Source of the DNA: Dyadobacter sp.
Lineage (GTDB): Bacteria > Bacteroidota > Bacteroidia > Cytophagales > Spirosomataceae
Direction: 5' to 3'
NCBI RefSeq assembly: GCF_039919315.1
Contig: NZ_JBDSFX010000053.1
Coordinates: 1,120 to 65,119 of the forward strand
Length of the DNA stretch: 64,000 bases
A program made the position numbers and the translations under genes. The notes under the pieces are model-generated. The model saw only the letters and a program-made list of their open reading frames with translations. It did not search any database and was not told the DNA's origin. Below, one piece after another: positions 40,170 through 50,047 of this stretch. Position 1 is the first letter of the stretch, and each line of letters starts with the position of its first letter.

Positions 40170-41855
40170 ATGAAAAGTTATCAAAAAATATATACCTGGT
40201 TTGCAATCATACTGCCGGTTGCATTGCTGTCGGCCTGTTCGGAAGACTTCCTGGAAAGACCTCCGAAAGACGCTATTGTAGACGCCGGATTTTACCAGAC
40301 CAACGACCAGGTGCTGGCGAGTACCGCATTGCTTTACAGCAAGGTATGGTTCGATTACAATGACAAAGCTTCTTACAACCTGGGCGATTTTCGGGCTGGT
40401 ACTGCATTTTCAGCATGGAATGACAGAGGGAATGTATTGTTCAATACTACCGGCAACACGCCTGAGAATGGCTCGTCATGGCGATCGTTCTTTATCGTGG
40501 TAGGGCAGTCCAACCTGGCCATCCAGAACATTAATAAATACGCAGGACCAGCAGTTACGCCGGAGATAAAGAAACATGCGATTGCCGAAGCGAGGTTTAT
40601 GCGGGCATTGGCCTACCGTTTTCTGGTCATGAATTGGGGCGCAGTTCCGATCATTGAAAACAACCTGACACTGCTCTCAGACACCACGGTACAAAGAAAT
40701 ACGCCTGAAAGCGTTTGGAAATTCATTACCAGCGAAATGCGCCAGGTAGCCGAAGACCTGCCTGAAACACCGGTAAGGCCGGGCCGCATTACTAAATGGT
40801 CGGCAGAAGGAATGCTGGCCAGGTTCTACCTCACGCGTTCAGGGGTGGAGGCAAAAGGCTCAGGCACCCGTAACCAAGCATTTCTGGATAGTGCCAAATA
40901 CTATGCCGAAAGGGTTATCACCACGAGTGGCGCTTCATTGGCAGGCAAGTATAGCGACCTGTTCCTATATCCTTACGACAACAATCCCGAGTCATTATTC
41001 TCATTGCAATGGGTGTATTCTCCCGGTGCCTGGGGGACGCAAAATTCTACGCCAGCATACCTCGCATACAGTTCCGACATTGCCAATGGCGACGGCTGGG
41101 GAGGCGACAAAAGCGCGACATTCTGGATGATGAAGCAGTATGACGGCATCAAGCAAACTTCTGAGACTGTATTGCAGGGACGGACTTTGGACCAAAGATT
41201 AAAAGCAACGTTCATGCTACCGGGAGCGAGTTATCCTGAAATCACCCAGACAATTCCGGGAGGTACGCAAAAACTGGTTTTTCCATTCACCGGATCTGAC
41301 AATAATTTTCTTTCGATCAAAAAATACATTACCGGAAAGGCAGCTGATGTGGGCGGACAGGCCGCTCAGCAAAACTATGGGAATGATACCTACATGCTGC
41401 GTCTGGCTGAAATGTACCTGGTATATGCAGAAGCTGTGCTGGGCAATGCAACCTCGACGAGCGACGCGAAAGCATTGGCATACTACAATAAGGTCCATAC
41501 CCGTGCCGGTCTGTCACCAGTTACAGGTGCGCTTACTTTTGATATGATATTCAAGGAGCGGATCGTAGAATTTGCGATAGAAGGAATGGCATGGTACGAC
41601 CTCGTGAGTCTGCATTACTACAATGCCGCCAAGGCTTATGCGATCCTGAATGAGCAGGACAGAGGGCTTTTCTTCACCAAACCTGATCAATTCCCTAATC
41701 CTACTTCCTGGACATTTACCAAAACTTCCTGGGTAGCGGTGACGGACAGGATGATCAATGCAAACAGTGGCAATTTCCTGCTGCCGATTCCTTCTGCGGA
41801 GCTGAGCCAGGCGCCAAACCTGCAAAAGCCTGCCGTTGATTATTATTCCAAGTAA
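40170..41855 (+). CDS. SusD/RagB lipoprotein
   Basis: Lipobox LSAC, EARFMRALAY, LRLAEMYL, ERIVEFAIEG..W.DL, LPIPSAE. Confidence 0.95.
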   Translation: MKSYQKIYTWFAIILPVALLSACSEDFLERPPKDAIVDAGFYQTNDQVLASTALLYSKVWFDYNDKASYNLGDFRAGTAFSAWNDRGNVLFNTTGNTPENGSSWRSFFIVVGQSNLAIQNINKYAGPAVTPEIKKHAIAEARFMRALAYRFLVMNWGAVPIIENNLTLLSDTTVQRNTPESVWKFITSEMRQVAEDLPETPVRPGRITKWSAEGMLARFYLTRSGVEAKGSGTRNQAFLDSAKYYAERVITTSGASLAGKYSDLFLYPYDNNPESLFSLQWVYSPGAWGTQNSTPAYLAYSSDIANGDGWGGDKSATFWMMKQYDGIKQTSETVLQGRTLDQRLKATFMLPGASYPEITQTIPGGTQKLVFPFTGSDNNFLSIKKYITGKAADVGGQAAQQNYGNDTYMLRLAEMYLVYAEAVLGNATSTSDAKALAYYNKVHTRAGLSPVTGALTFDMIFKERIVEFAIEGMAWYDLVSLHYYNAAKAYAILNEQDRGLFFTKPDQFPNPTSWTFTKTSWVAVTDRMINANSGNFLLPIPSAELSQAPNLQKPAVDYYSK

Positions 41856-41875
41856 CCCAATAATGGTCATTACAA

Positions 41876-43039
41876 ATGCAAAATCACATGAAATTCATAC
41901 ATAAGTCAATGCTGTTGCTGGTCGTAACCATTGCCCTGGCAGCTGTGAGTATGTCTTGCCAGGAAGAGGACCTTCCGAACAATGGCGAGCCGAGTATCAA
42001 ATATGTCCGCATTACCGATCCAGCCTCCGGTGACTCGCTGCTGGTGAGCGCGGGCCAGGGCAGCCTGATCGCGATCGTGGGGGAAAATTTACAAGGAGCG
42101 ACGGAGATTTGGTTCAATGATCAGAAAGCAATTTTGACACCAACCTACATCACCAATAAGACCATTCTGGTAAGCGTTCCTACCTTGATTCCGGCGGTGA
42201 TCGACAACAAAATGAAGATCATTTTTTCCAATGGCAAAACATTGGAACATACTTTCCAGGTAAAGATCAGCGAGCCGCTTATTTCGGGTATGCTCAGTGA
42301 ATATGTACCTGAGGGAGGCGTGGCCACGATACGCGGAGATTACTTTTACGAACCATTGACGGTCACTTTTGCCGGTGGTAAAAAGGGGACGATCGTTTCC
42401 CTGAAAGACCAGGAAATACAGGTAACCGTTCCCGAAGGCGTGCAGCCAGGACAGATCACTGTCACTACCAACTTTGGAGAAACGAAATCAGACTTTTGGT
42501 TTGCCGATAACCGGAACATCTTCCTGAGCAGCGATCCGTTTACAGGCTGGTGGAATGCCGCCTACGTGGTTACCAAGCCAGCCGCAGGCGACCCGGTTGC
42601 TATTAATGGCAATTATATCCGGGTCAAAAAAGCCATCGCAGGCTGGAACTGGATGGAAGTGGCAGGCGGGCCACCGGATGCAATGGGTGCGATCAGCAAG
42701 AATATTCCTGATGAAGCGATATTGAAACCGGCTGACTATAACCTGAAATTTGAAGTAAATACAGTGAAGCCTTACAACAACAATGTGCTGAAAATCAGTG
42801 CCGGGCTGAGTACGGGCTTTGATGATACGCCTTATCAATGGTTGCCGCCTTACGATACCAAGGGGGAATGGCGAACAGTGGTCATTCCGTTTGAAGAAGT
42901 AGCGGGAAGCTACAAAGCGAAGCTGGAAGTGAACAAGAATGGGTACTATACCAGGCTGTTGTTCCACGGCGGTGGCGATCTGGATGCCGATATTTCGTTC
43001 GATAATTTCAGGATCGTACCCAAATCACTTCGTAAATAA
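41876..43039 (+). CDS. Surface glycan-binding lipoprotein (IPT/TIG + CBM-like C-terminal domain)
   Basis: Lipobox SMSC; two IPT-like repeats; C-terminal LKFEVNT...WRTVVIP...FDNFRIVP. Confidence 0.75.
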   Translation: MQNHMKFIHKSMLLLVVTIALAAVSMSCQEEDLPNNGEPSIKYVRITDPASGDSLLVSAGQGSLIAIVGENLQGATEIWFNDQKAILTPTYITNKTILVSVPTLIPAVIDNKMKIIFSNGKTLEHTFQVKISEPLISGMLSEYVPEGGVATIRGDYFYEPLTVTFAGGKKGTIVSLKDQEIQVTVPEGVQPGQITVTTNFGETKSDFWFADNRNIFLSSDPFTGWWNAAYVVTKPAAGDPVAINGNYIRVKKAIAGWNWMEVAGGPPDAMGAISKNIPDEAILKPADYNLKFEVNTVKPYNNNVLKISAGLSTGFDDTPYQWLPPYDTKGEWRTVVIPFEEVAGSYKAKLEVNKNGYYTRLLFHGGGDLDADISFDNFRIVPKSLRK

Positions 43040-43060
43040 TCATTCAAAAGCGCTGTAAAA

Positions 43061-43915
43061 ATGAAGATATTAATATTGAACAGGAGACTACTCTCTCTGA
43101 TATGCATGATCCTGTCCGTCACTTTCATTACCGCTTGTAATGATGATGACGACGAAGTAAATTCCTCCGAGGTTCAATTGCTGAGCTTCGGGCCTTCGGG
43201 TGTGAAGCCGGGCGAGGAGATCAGTTTTATCGGGAACAATCTGGATAAAGTAACTTCCATAGAACTCACCGGTGCGAGCGTACCCAGTTCTGCATTTATA
43301 AAAAAGACGGCAGAACTGATCACGATTACAGTTCCAAAGGAAACCGAGGAAGGACTGGTCACATTGAAAACCACTGCGGGAGACATTGTTTCCAAAACAA
43401 TATTGAGCTTCGAGGTGCCTGTGATCATTAAAACCGTAACTGCCGAGGCCAAGCCGGGCACTAATGTGACCATTACCGGGGAATTTTTGAACTGGGTAAC
43501 AGGCGTAAGGTTCGCGCAGGATACTACCGTGACCAAGTTCGTGAGCCAAACATTGACCGAACTCGTGGTGACCGTACCTGTGAATGCGCAAACAGGCGCG
43601 CTCGTGTTGTACTCCGGAGGAACTGAGCCATTGAGCACTGAAACGGAAAAAGCGCTGGTCGTTACTTTACCTGCCATTGCGACTTTGGCCCCTAACCCTG
43701 CTGTGAAAGGCAAAAACCTGACGATCACAGGAACCAACCTGGATCTGGCGGAAGGCGTGCTGTTTACCGGATCGGCTGCGGCTGTAACCAAATTCGTGAG
43801 TAAATCGGCCACGCAGATCGTGGTGACGGTACCAGCGGACGCGGCCAAAGGGAAAGTATCATTGGTAACCTACTCCAAAGTAGAGGTGCCGTCGAAGGAT
43901 GAATTGAAATTGTAG
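43061..43915 (+). CDS. IPT/TIG-repeat lipoprotein (three repeats)
   Basis: Lipobox ITAC; repeats PGEEISFIGNNL, PGTNVTITGEFL, KGKNLTITGTNL. Confidence 0.8.
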   Translation: MKILILNRRLLSLICMILSVTFITACNDDDDEVNSSEVQLLSFGPSGVKPGEEISFIGNNLDKVTSIELTGASVPSSAFIKKTAELITITVPKETEEGLVTLKTTAGDIVSKTILSFEVPVIIKTVTAEAKPGTNVTITGEFLNWVTGVRFAQDTTVTKFVSQTLTELVVTVPVNAQTGALVLYSGGTEPLSTETEKALVVTLPAIATLAPNPAVKGKNLTITGTNLDLAEGVLFTGSAAAVTKFVSKSATQIVVTVPADAAKGKVSLVTYSKVEVPSKDELKL

Positions 43916-43952
43916 AGTGCCGTTTAGTTAACCACTTCATTGACAAGCTAAG

Positions 43953-43987
43953 GCTAGCGGAACATCGGTTTCGCTGGCTTTTTTTTT
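43953..43987 (+). terminator. Intrinsic terminator of the PUL
   Basis: GCTAGCGGAAC-ATCG-GTTTCGCTGGC 11-bp stem (2 G-U pairs) followed by T9. Confidence 0.85.
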
Positions 43988-44052
43988 GTTTGAATGCAAA
44001 GGTATTTTCGTGAATTTTTGAATGTAAATTGGGATTTCAAAAACCTGAACCC

Positions 44053-45336
44053 ATGAAACGCAGAAAACTTATAAAAAGCCTTTCCTCCATTCCCTTGCTG
44101 GGCGCATTACCATTCCTTTCTAAAAATGCCGAGGCTACTTCTGTGCGTAAAAAGAGAGATATTATTGAAGAACTCGGCATCCGGACATTCATCAATGCAG
44201 CGGGGACGCTGACTTATATGTCGGGCTGCATTATGCAGGAAGAGGTAGTGGAGACGATAGAAAATACTTCGAAACATTTTTGCATGATCGACGAAGTGCA
44301 GGATAAGGTAGGCGAGAAGATCGCCAAACTCGTACATTCCGAAGCTGCTATGGTGACCTGCGGGGCATTTTCAGCCATGACTCTCGGCCTGGCCGGCGTG
44401 CTGACCGGAACCGATGTCAGAAAAGTGGAACAGCTCCCGCATATTGAGGGTACGGGTATGAAATCAGAGGTGATTTGTCAGAAATCTCATAATGAACGTT
44501 ACAATCATGCTTTTTTGAACACAGGTTGTACGGTAGTTGAGGTTGAAACCATAGACGATGTGGAAAGGGCGATCAGCGAAAAAACGGCGCTCCTTCATTT
44601 CCTGAACATTACTGCAAACCTGGGGCAGGTCAAGCATGAACACTGGGTTGCATTGGGCAAAAAGTACAACATCCCTACCTCTATAGACATCGCAGCTGAC
44701 GTTCCTCCTGTTTCAAATCTTTGGAAATTCAATGAAATGGGTTTCGATATGGTTTTTATTTCCGGTGGAAAAGCCATGCGCGGTCCGCAGAGTGCGGGAA
44801 TTTTGATGGGAAAGAAAAATATCATCGAAGCCGCCCGCCTGAACTCCCCTCCGCGGGGATTTACGGTTGCTCGCGGGCTTAAAGTGAACAAGGAAGAAAT
44901 CCTCGGCATGTATGTCGCGCTGGAAAAATTCATTGCGGGTGATCATGAGAGAAAGTGGAAAGAGTGGGAATCTCAGGTAGCGCATATTGAAAATGCTGTG
45001 AAGGATTTGTCCGGCATTACCACACAAGTATCCATTCCCGAATTGGGAAACATCACGCCGACATTGACAATCAGCTGGGACGATAGCATCGTGAAATTGA
45101 CAGGTCGGGAAATGCGGGACCGGCTACGAAACGGCAGTCCGTCCATAGAAGCAGGTTTTTCAGGATTGCCCTTATATCACTACCAGGCTGGCTCCGATTC
45201 CATAGACCCGACCGTAGCGGAGACCTTGAAAGGAGTAAACCTCGTAAGGGTAACCGCATGGATGCTCCAACCCGGAGAATTCAGGGTCGTTGCAAAAAGG
45301 ATCAAAACAGAATTAGTGCTCGCAGGTGCAAGCTGA
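44053..45336 (+). CDS. SelA/DgaE-like PLP-dependent enzyme with twin-arginine-type leader
   Basis: FINAAGTLT, TCGAFSA, DIAAD, ISGGKAMRGPQSAG, RGLKVNKEE; N-terminus MKRRKLIKSLSSIPLLG...AEA. ATG 44053 preferred. Confidence 0.75.
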   Translation: MKRRKLIKSLSSIPLLGALPFLSKNAEATSVRKKRDIIEELGIRTFINAAGTLTYMSGCIMQEEVVETIENTSKHFCMIDEVQDKVGEKIAKLVHSEAAMVTCGAFSAMTLGLAGVLTGTDVRKVEQLPHIEGTGMKSEVICQKSHNERYNHAFLNTGCTVVEVETIDDVERAISEKTALLHFLNITANLGQVKHEHWVALGKKYNIPTSIDIAADVPPVSNLWKFNEMGFDMVFISGGKAMRGPQSAGILMGKKNIIEAARLNSPPRGFTVARGLKVNKEEILGMYVALEKFIAGDHERKWKEWESQVAHIENAVKDLSGITTQVSIPELGNITPTLTISWDDSIVKLTGREMRDRLRNGSPSIEAGFSGLPLYHYQAGSDSIDPTVAETLKGVNLVRVTAWMLQPGEFRVVAKRIKTELVLAGAS

Positions 45337-45369
45337 AAAAATGGAAGGAAGTTGAGTAGTAGGCTCCGG

Positions 45370-45579
45370 TCAGGCAGCGATTTGATTACCAACGGAAGAT
45401 CGTAAGTCTTCTATCTGGTGCTGCAAAAGCCAGTTGCGGAAATCGGTAACATTCTGAGGCTCATAATGTACAATACGGCCGTCCGTTAGCATGATCGTAA
45501 ATACTTCATGAGCATGGATGTACTTTCGTAGTTGAACAATACAGAATTCAAATCCAGGGAAATAATAGTTTGTTTGCAT
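45370..45579 (-). CDS. Hypothetical protein, 69 aa
   Basis: Stand-alone ORF in an otherwise intergenic space; plausible composition. Confidence 0.5.
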   Translation of the reverse strand: MQTNYYFPGFEFCIVQLRKYIHAHEVFTIMLTDGRIVHYEPQNVTDFRNWLLQHQIEDLRSSVGNQIAA

Positions 45580-45814
45580 GCGTTTTCAGGGTTTGCAAAG
45601 GATTTTGATCATGTTTTTTGCTACATTTCAATATGTTAGCAACATGTAACTGGCAAAAAATATGCCTCTTTAACTACCTGGAACGTTTAAGCAGAGTCTT
45701 AGCTTGTAGTTGAGTATGGGGATCTTCGTAGCGAAATTTCTACAAAAAAATCGGATTTGGAACCGACGGGTCTAAGTTACTATTATTTTTATAAATGATA
45801 GCATTTAGCTAGAT

Positions 45815-48800
45815 TTGAGATTTGTAGAATTAATTTATGTTATTGCAATTATACCATACGAATTGCTCTTGAAGAGGCTTTTTATCATCCTACTTTTTAT
45901 TTTTTGGACGTCAGAAAATGTGTTGGCCCAAGCTGGCTACACGGTTTCTCATTTTACTGATGACAATGGTTTGCCGCAGAACAGTGTGAAAGGTCTGGCG
46001 CCCGACAACGACGGGTATATCTGGCTGGCGACTGAAAATGGCCTCGCCCGTTTTGACGGTCATCGTTTCTATAACATCGAGAAATCTGCGCTGGGAATCA
46101 CCAGCAACCGTTTTTATCTTTTGATGCCTTCGTTGCAAGCCGATGGTACGGATGCAAAGGATCAACGAAACACGCTTGTGTATGCCGCGACGGATGCCGG
46201 TGAATATGCGAGGATTGGGAACGGGACGGCATTTTATGATTCAGCGTATACCAACGGAAGGATGAAGCGGCTCCCATTTATGCGAAATGGTGCCAGCAAC
46301 ACTTTCCTGGCCAGCGGTTTACCTACTTTCATGAGCAACATTGCAAAGCCGGAACACTACGTCATTCCCGTCGGATATGGAAACAGCAATGCGTATGTGA
46401 TCGACAGTACATCCGTATCGTTTTACAATGACCAGCAGCGACTCTACAAAGTACCTTTCGCCGATCAATCCTTTTGGACATTCTTCACAATGGGCCGTCT
46501 GCTTTACCATATGGATGATGACGGTTTCATTGCCAAAGTCACCGGTAACGGTGTTTCGAAGGTTGGCATTTCCGGGGACCTGATCAGGGATAATGGCTAT
46601 GACACTCAATTGACCGGGCTTACGTTATACTGGAACATTGCCAGCGATCAGGTTTGTTTTTATTTTCGCAAGAAACTGTATTCCGTTGATAATGAGCGGA
46701 ATGGCAGGTTGGCAACCAAACTGATATTGCAGGATTTTGACCTGGAAGAATTGAATATACAAACAGTTCACCGGGACGCTACGAACGGGACAATTTTCAT
46801 GGGCAGTATTTCGGATGGTTTTTATGTCCTGACAAAACATTCATTTGAGACGCTGCGGCACCAGGGAAAGGACATGGACAATGTGTTTTACGCGCAGCTG
46901 GATTATGGCAAAAACGCAGTCATGACGCCGACCGGGGTTATTTTGGAAAAAGACCCGGTAACCGGAAAGACCTTCTCCGGCAAACTGCCTTTTTTGGAAA
47001 AAATCAATCCGAATGATAAACGAACGCTTTTGAGAGATAAGGCGGGTTATATCTGGGTCAAGGCGGGGGACAAATTGTATCAGCTGGACATTGCTAATGA
47101 GAAAGTGATCCATGTATGGAGTTTTAGTGAAGAGGTCAAGCATATTTTTCAGGATAGCCGCGGCAACATCTGGATTGGTCTTGCCGAAAAAGGAGTGTAC
47201 CTCATCGATCTCTCGCAACCAGACTTCAAACCAAGGCACATTCAGGATGACATCAGGGTAACGTATTTTGAACAGGATCGGGCTGGAAAAGTGCTAGCCG
47301 GAACCATCAACGGACTTTACACATTTGATGCCGACGGTCATAAGAATGGCTTGGTACCCGGCACGGAGGACCTGTACATCAAAAGTATGTTCGTTGATCG
47401 TGGTGATCGTCTCTGGATGGTGGTCAATCAGGAAGGGCTGGTTTTATACGAACATAAAAAATTGATCAGCTTTCCGCTCGACAAAAACAGGTACCTGGGC
47501 AGTCCGCATTGCATTGTGGATGATACCAAAGGGTTTTTCTGGATACCAACAGATAAAGGGTTATTCCAGGTAGCGATCGAAGATTTGCTGAACTATGCCA
47601 AATCGCCGGTTTCGGAGCTCTTCTATATGTATCATGCAAAGGGCGACGGACTGCTGACGAACGAGTTCAATGGAGGTTGCCAGCCTTGCTCGGCGAGAAT
47701 AGATAATGGCTACATTTCGCTTCCTTCGTTGAATGGACTGGTCTGGTTCAAGCCTGAGCAGATTACAGCCAATGTTCCGGCAGGCCGCATTGTTTTAGAC
47801 CGCATACAGGTGAACAATAGCTTTCTGGCCACTACCGGGGATACATTAACGTTGCCCGGAGAACCCGTCCAGACCAAATTTTACTTTTCAACGCCCTACT
47901 ACGGCAATTCCAATAACCTGAGCTTATCCTATGCATTACTGAAAGAAGGGCATGCTGTCACACCAGCGGACTGGATTCCGATTTTAGGCCCCGATTTTAG
48001 CATTACATTTGCCAACCTGGATCCTGGGGCGCACAAGCTCATTGTGAGGAAAATGAATGGTTTTGGTAAAAACAATTACACCATCCGCACGATCTTGGTG
48101 ATAGTTCCACCACTATGGTACCAAACCTGGTGGGTAAGGGTGCTGTTCCTGATCGGTGCGGTGCTCATTATCTATCTTTACAATACTTTAAGGCTTAGAA
48201 ACATTTCAAACGAAAATGCGCGACTGGAAGAAATCGTGGCAAAACGTACCGAGCGCCTCAACCGCGCGCTGAGCGACATTGAAGAATCCAAAACCGAAAT
48301 GAGCCGACAGATACACATGCTGTCGAGGTTGCTGGCTTCGATCACCCACGACATTCAATCCCCGCTTAACTACATTATGCTTACCTCCGGCGCGATACCT
48401 GCCATGGTGCAACGCGGCGAGCTGAATGAGGTGACCGAAATAGGACAGGTGATTTCCAATTCTTCGCAACGGATGAGCGATCTGCTGCGTGGATTGCTGG
48501 ATTACATTAAGCTGCATGTTTACGGAAACAGTGTGCAGTTTGAAGATGTTAACCTCCGGATCCTTGTAGAAAACAAATACCAGATCTTTCAAAATGTCAT
48601 TGAGCTCAACGGGAACCAGTTTTTGAACGAAATACCGGACCATCTCACCGTTTCTTCCGACTACCAGATGCTGGCCATCATGATCCATAACCTCATTGAT
48701 AACGCAACCAAATTTACATGCAAAGGCGTGATCCGGGTTTTTTCTGAAATGAATGAGCAGGGCCAGGTCAGGCTGATGATTGCCAACACAGGAGAGGGGA

Positions 48801-48991
48801 TATCCGATGAACTGATGGAGGTGATCAATGCTGCGGTAACGGAGGAGGCTGACGACGTGATGAGGCCTTTCGGACGAAAAACGGGGCTGGGGTTGCTGAT
48901 CGTTAAAGAAATAGCGGAGCTGATACACGTTAAACTCTCATTGACCCGATCGCCCGAAACCTGTTTTGTAATGACGTTTCCATCCATGTAA
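45815..48991 (+). CDS. Sensor histidine kinase with periplasmic beta-propeller (HTCS-like sensor) region
   Basis: DNGLPQNSVK...GYIWLATENGL propeller repeats, EFNGG, PPLWYQTWW + TM, SITHDIQSPL, NLIDNATKF, TGLGL. Confidence 0.88.
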   Translation: MRFVELIYVIAIIPYELLLKRLFIILLFIFWTSENVLAQAGYTVSHFTDDNGLPQNSVKGLAPDNDGYIWLATENGLARFDGHRFYNIEKSALGITSNRFYLLMPSLQADGTDAKDQRNTLVYAATDAGEYARIGNGTAFYDSAYTNGRMKRLPFMRNGASNTFLASGLPTFMSNIAKPEHYVIPVGYGNSNAYVIDSTSVSFYNDQQRLYKVPFADQSFWTFFTMGRLLYHMDDDGFIAKVTGNGVSKVGISGDLIRDNGYDTQLTGLTLYWNIASDQVCFYFRKKLYSVDNERNGRLATKLILQDFDLEELNIQTVHRDATNGTIFMGSISDGFYVLTKHSFETLRHQGKDMDNVFYAQLDYGKNAVMTPTGVILEKDPVTGKTFSGKLPFLEKINPNDKRTLLRDKAGYIWVKAGDKLYQLDIANEKVIHVWSFSEEVKHIFQDSRGNIWIGLAEKGVYLIDLSQPDFKPRHIQDDIRVTYFEQDRAGKVLAGTINGLYTFDADGHKNGLVPGTEDLYIKSMFVDRGDRLWMVVNQEGLVLYEHKKLISFPLDKNRYLGSPHCIVDDTKGFFWIPTDKGLFQVAIEDLLNYAKSPVSELFYMYHAKGDGLLTNEFNGGCQPCSARIDNGYISLPSLNGLVWFKPEQITANVPAGRIVLDRIQVNNSFLATTGDTLTLPGEPVQTKFYFSTPYYGNSNNLSLSYALLKEGHAVTPADWIPILGPDFSITFANLDPGAHKLIVRKMNGFGKNNYTIRTILVIVPPLWYQTWWVRVLFLIGAVLIIYLYNTLRLRNISNENARLEEIVAKRTERLNRALSDIEESKTEMSRQIHMLSRLLASITHDIQSPLNYIMLTSGAIPAMVQRGELNEVTEIGQVISNSSQRMSDLLRGLLDYIKLHVYGNSVQFEDVNLRILVENKYQIFQNVIELNGNQFLNEIPDHLTVSSDYQMLAIMIHNLIDNATKFTCKGVIRVFSEMNEQGQVRLMIANTGEGISDELMEVINAAVTEEADDVMRPFGRKTGLGLLIVKEIAELIHVKLSLTRSPETCFVMTFPSM

Positions 48992-49000
48992 CTTTAAGGC

Positions 49001-50010
49001 ATGGGAAATCAGCAAAAACAATTCGTGATGGGCATGCTGGCTTATGCCTCGCAGAGAGATTTGTCAGCAGAAAAATTGTGCCGACTGTCGGATATAGACC
49101 TTTCCACGTTAATGGAAAGCGAATATTCCAATTTCTCGACCAAGCAGCTCAACGATTTATGGATGAATGCGTGCCATTTAAGTAGCGATCCGCATTTCGG
49201 GTTACATCTGGGGAATCGGTACAGCTTGCGGCACTCGGTATTGTGGGCGAGATCGTAAAAAGCAGCACTACCGTGGGACAGGCCATTACCCAGGCAGCAT
49301 CACTTACGGGGCTGATCACGGATATGTTTGCGATGGAGGTGGAGCAAGGGAAAAGTGACTTTACGATCCGTCTGATACCTGTGGAACCAAAGCGGAAGGA
49401 CGCGCCGGTTGCTTTTGAGCAAACGCTACACTTCTTTATGGTATTCGTCATTCACGAGCTGGACGGATTGATACTCGCCAAAATCCAACCCAAAGCAGTA
49501 CATTTTCCATCTTCGGCCATTGATTCGAAGGAACTGGAAAGGGTACTAAGATGCCGGCCTGTCAAAAAAAGAGAGGAGTATGCCATTACTTTTGACAATA
49601 AATATTGGGACCTCCCCATTCTCACAGCGAATTACGAATTACAAAAAAGCCTTCTTGAAAAAGTAGCGACAATCATCGGAAAAGACGCTGCGACAGAAAC
49701 GTACCAGTCGAAGATCTACCAGCATTTGTTGAAAAACGCCTATCTTGGCATTGTCCCACTGGAAGAGATCGCGGCGAATTTCAATGTCAGCACACGCAGC
49801 CTTCAACGGAAATTAAAGGAAGAGAATGTCACGTACCAGGAGCTGGCAGACCAGGTACGCAAGTCGCTGGCTATCCATTACCTCGATTCCGGAAGCTACT
49901 ATGTGAAGGAAATCTCCTACATGCTGGGCTACAATGAGCTGAGCGCTTTTTCCAGAGCCTTCAAGAGATGGACAGGTACGACACCAGCGTTGTATCAGAA
50001 GCAGGCGTAG
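49001..50010 (+). pseudogene. AraC-family regulator split by a single-base frameshift in a G run
   Basis: ORF1 reads ...DPHFGLHLG; the alternative frame from 49213 continues ESVQLAALGIVGEIVK... to an intact HTH (RSLQRKL, LGYNELSAFSRAFKRWTG). G4 at 49210-49213; G5 would restore one ORF. Confidence 0.85.
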
Positions 50011-50047
50011 CTTTTCGCAAAAGGCCCTAAGGGCTCGCGTGCAAGCC

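Noticed and set aside
44029-45336. True selenocysteine synthase (selA)
   Set aside because: No Sec machinery in the window, an export-type leader, and motifs fit the broader SelA/DgaE-like family.
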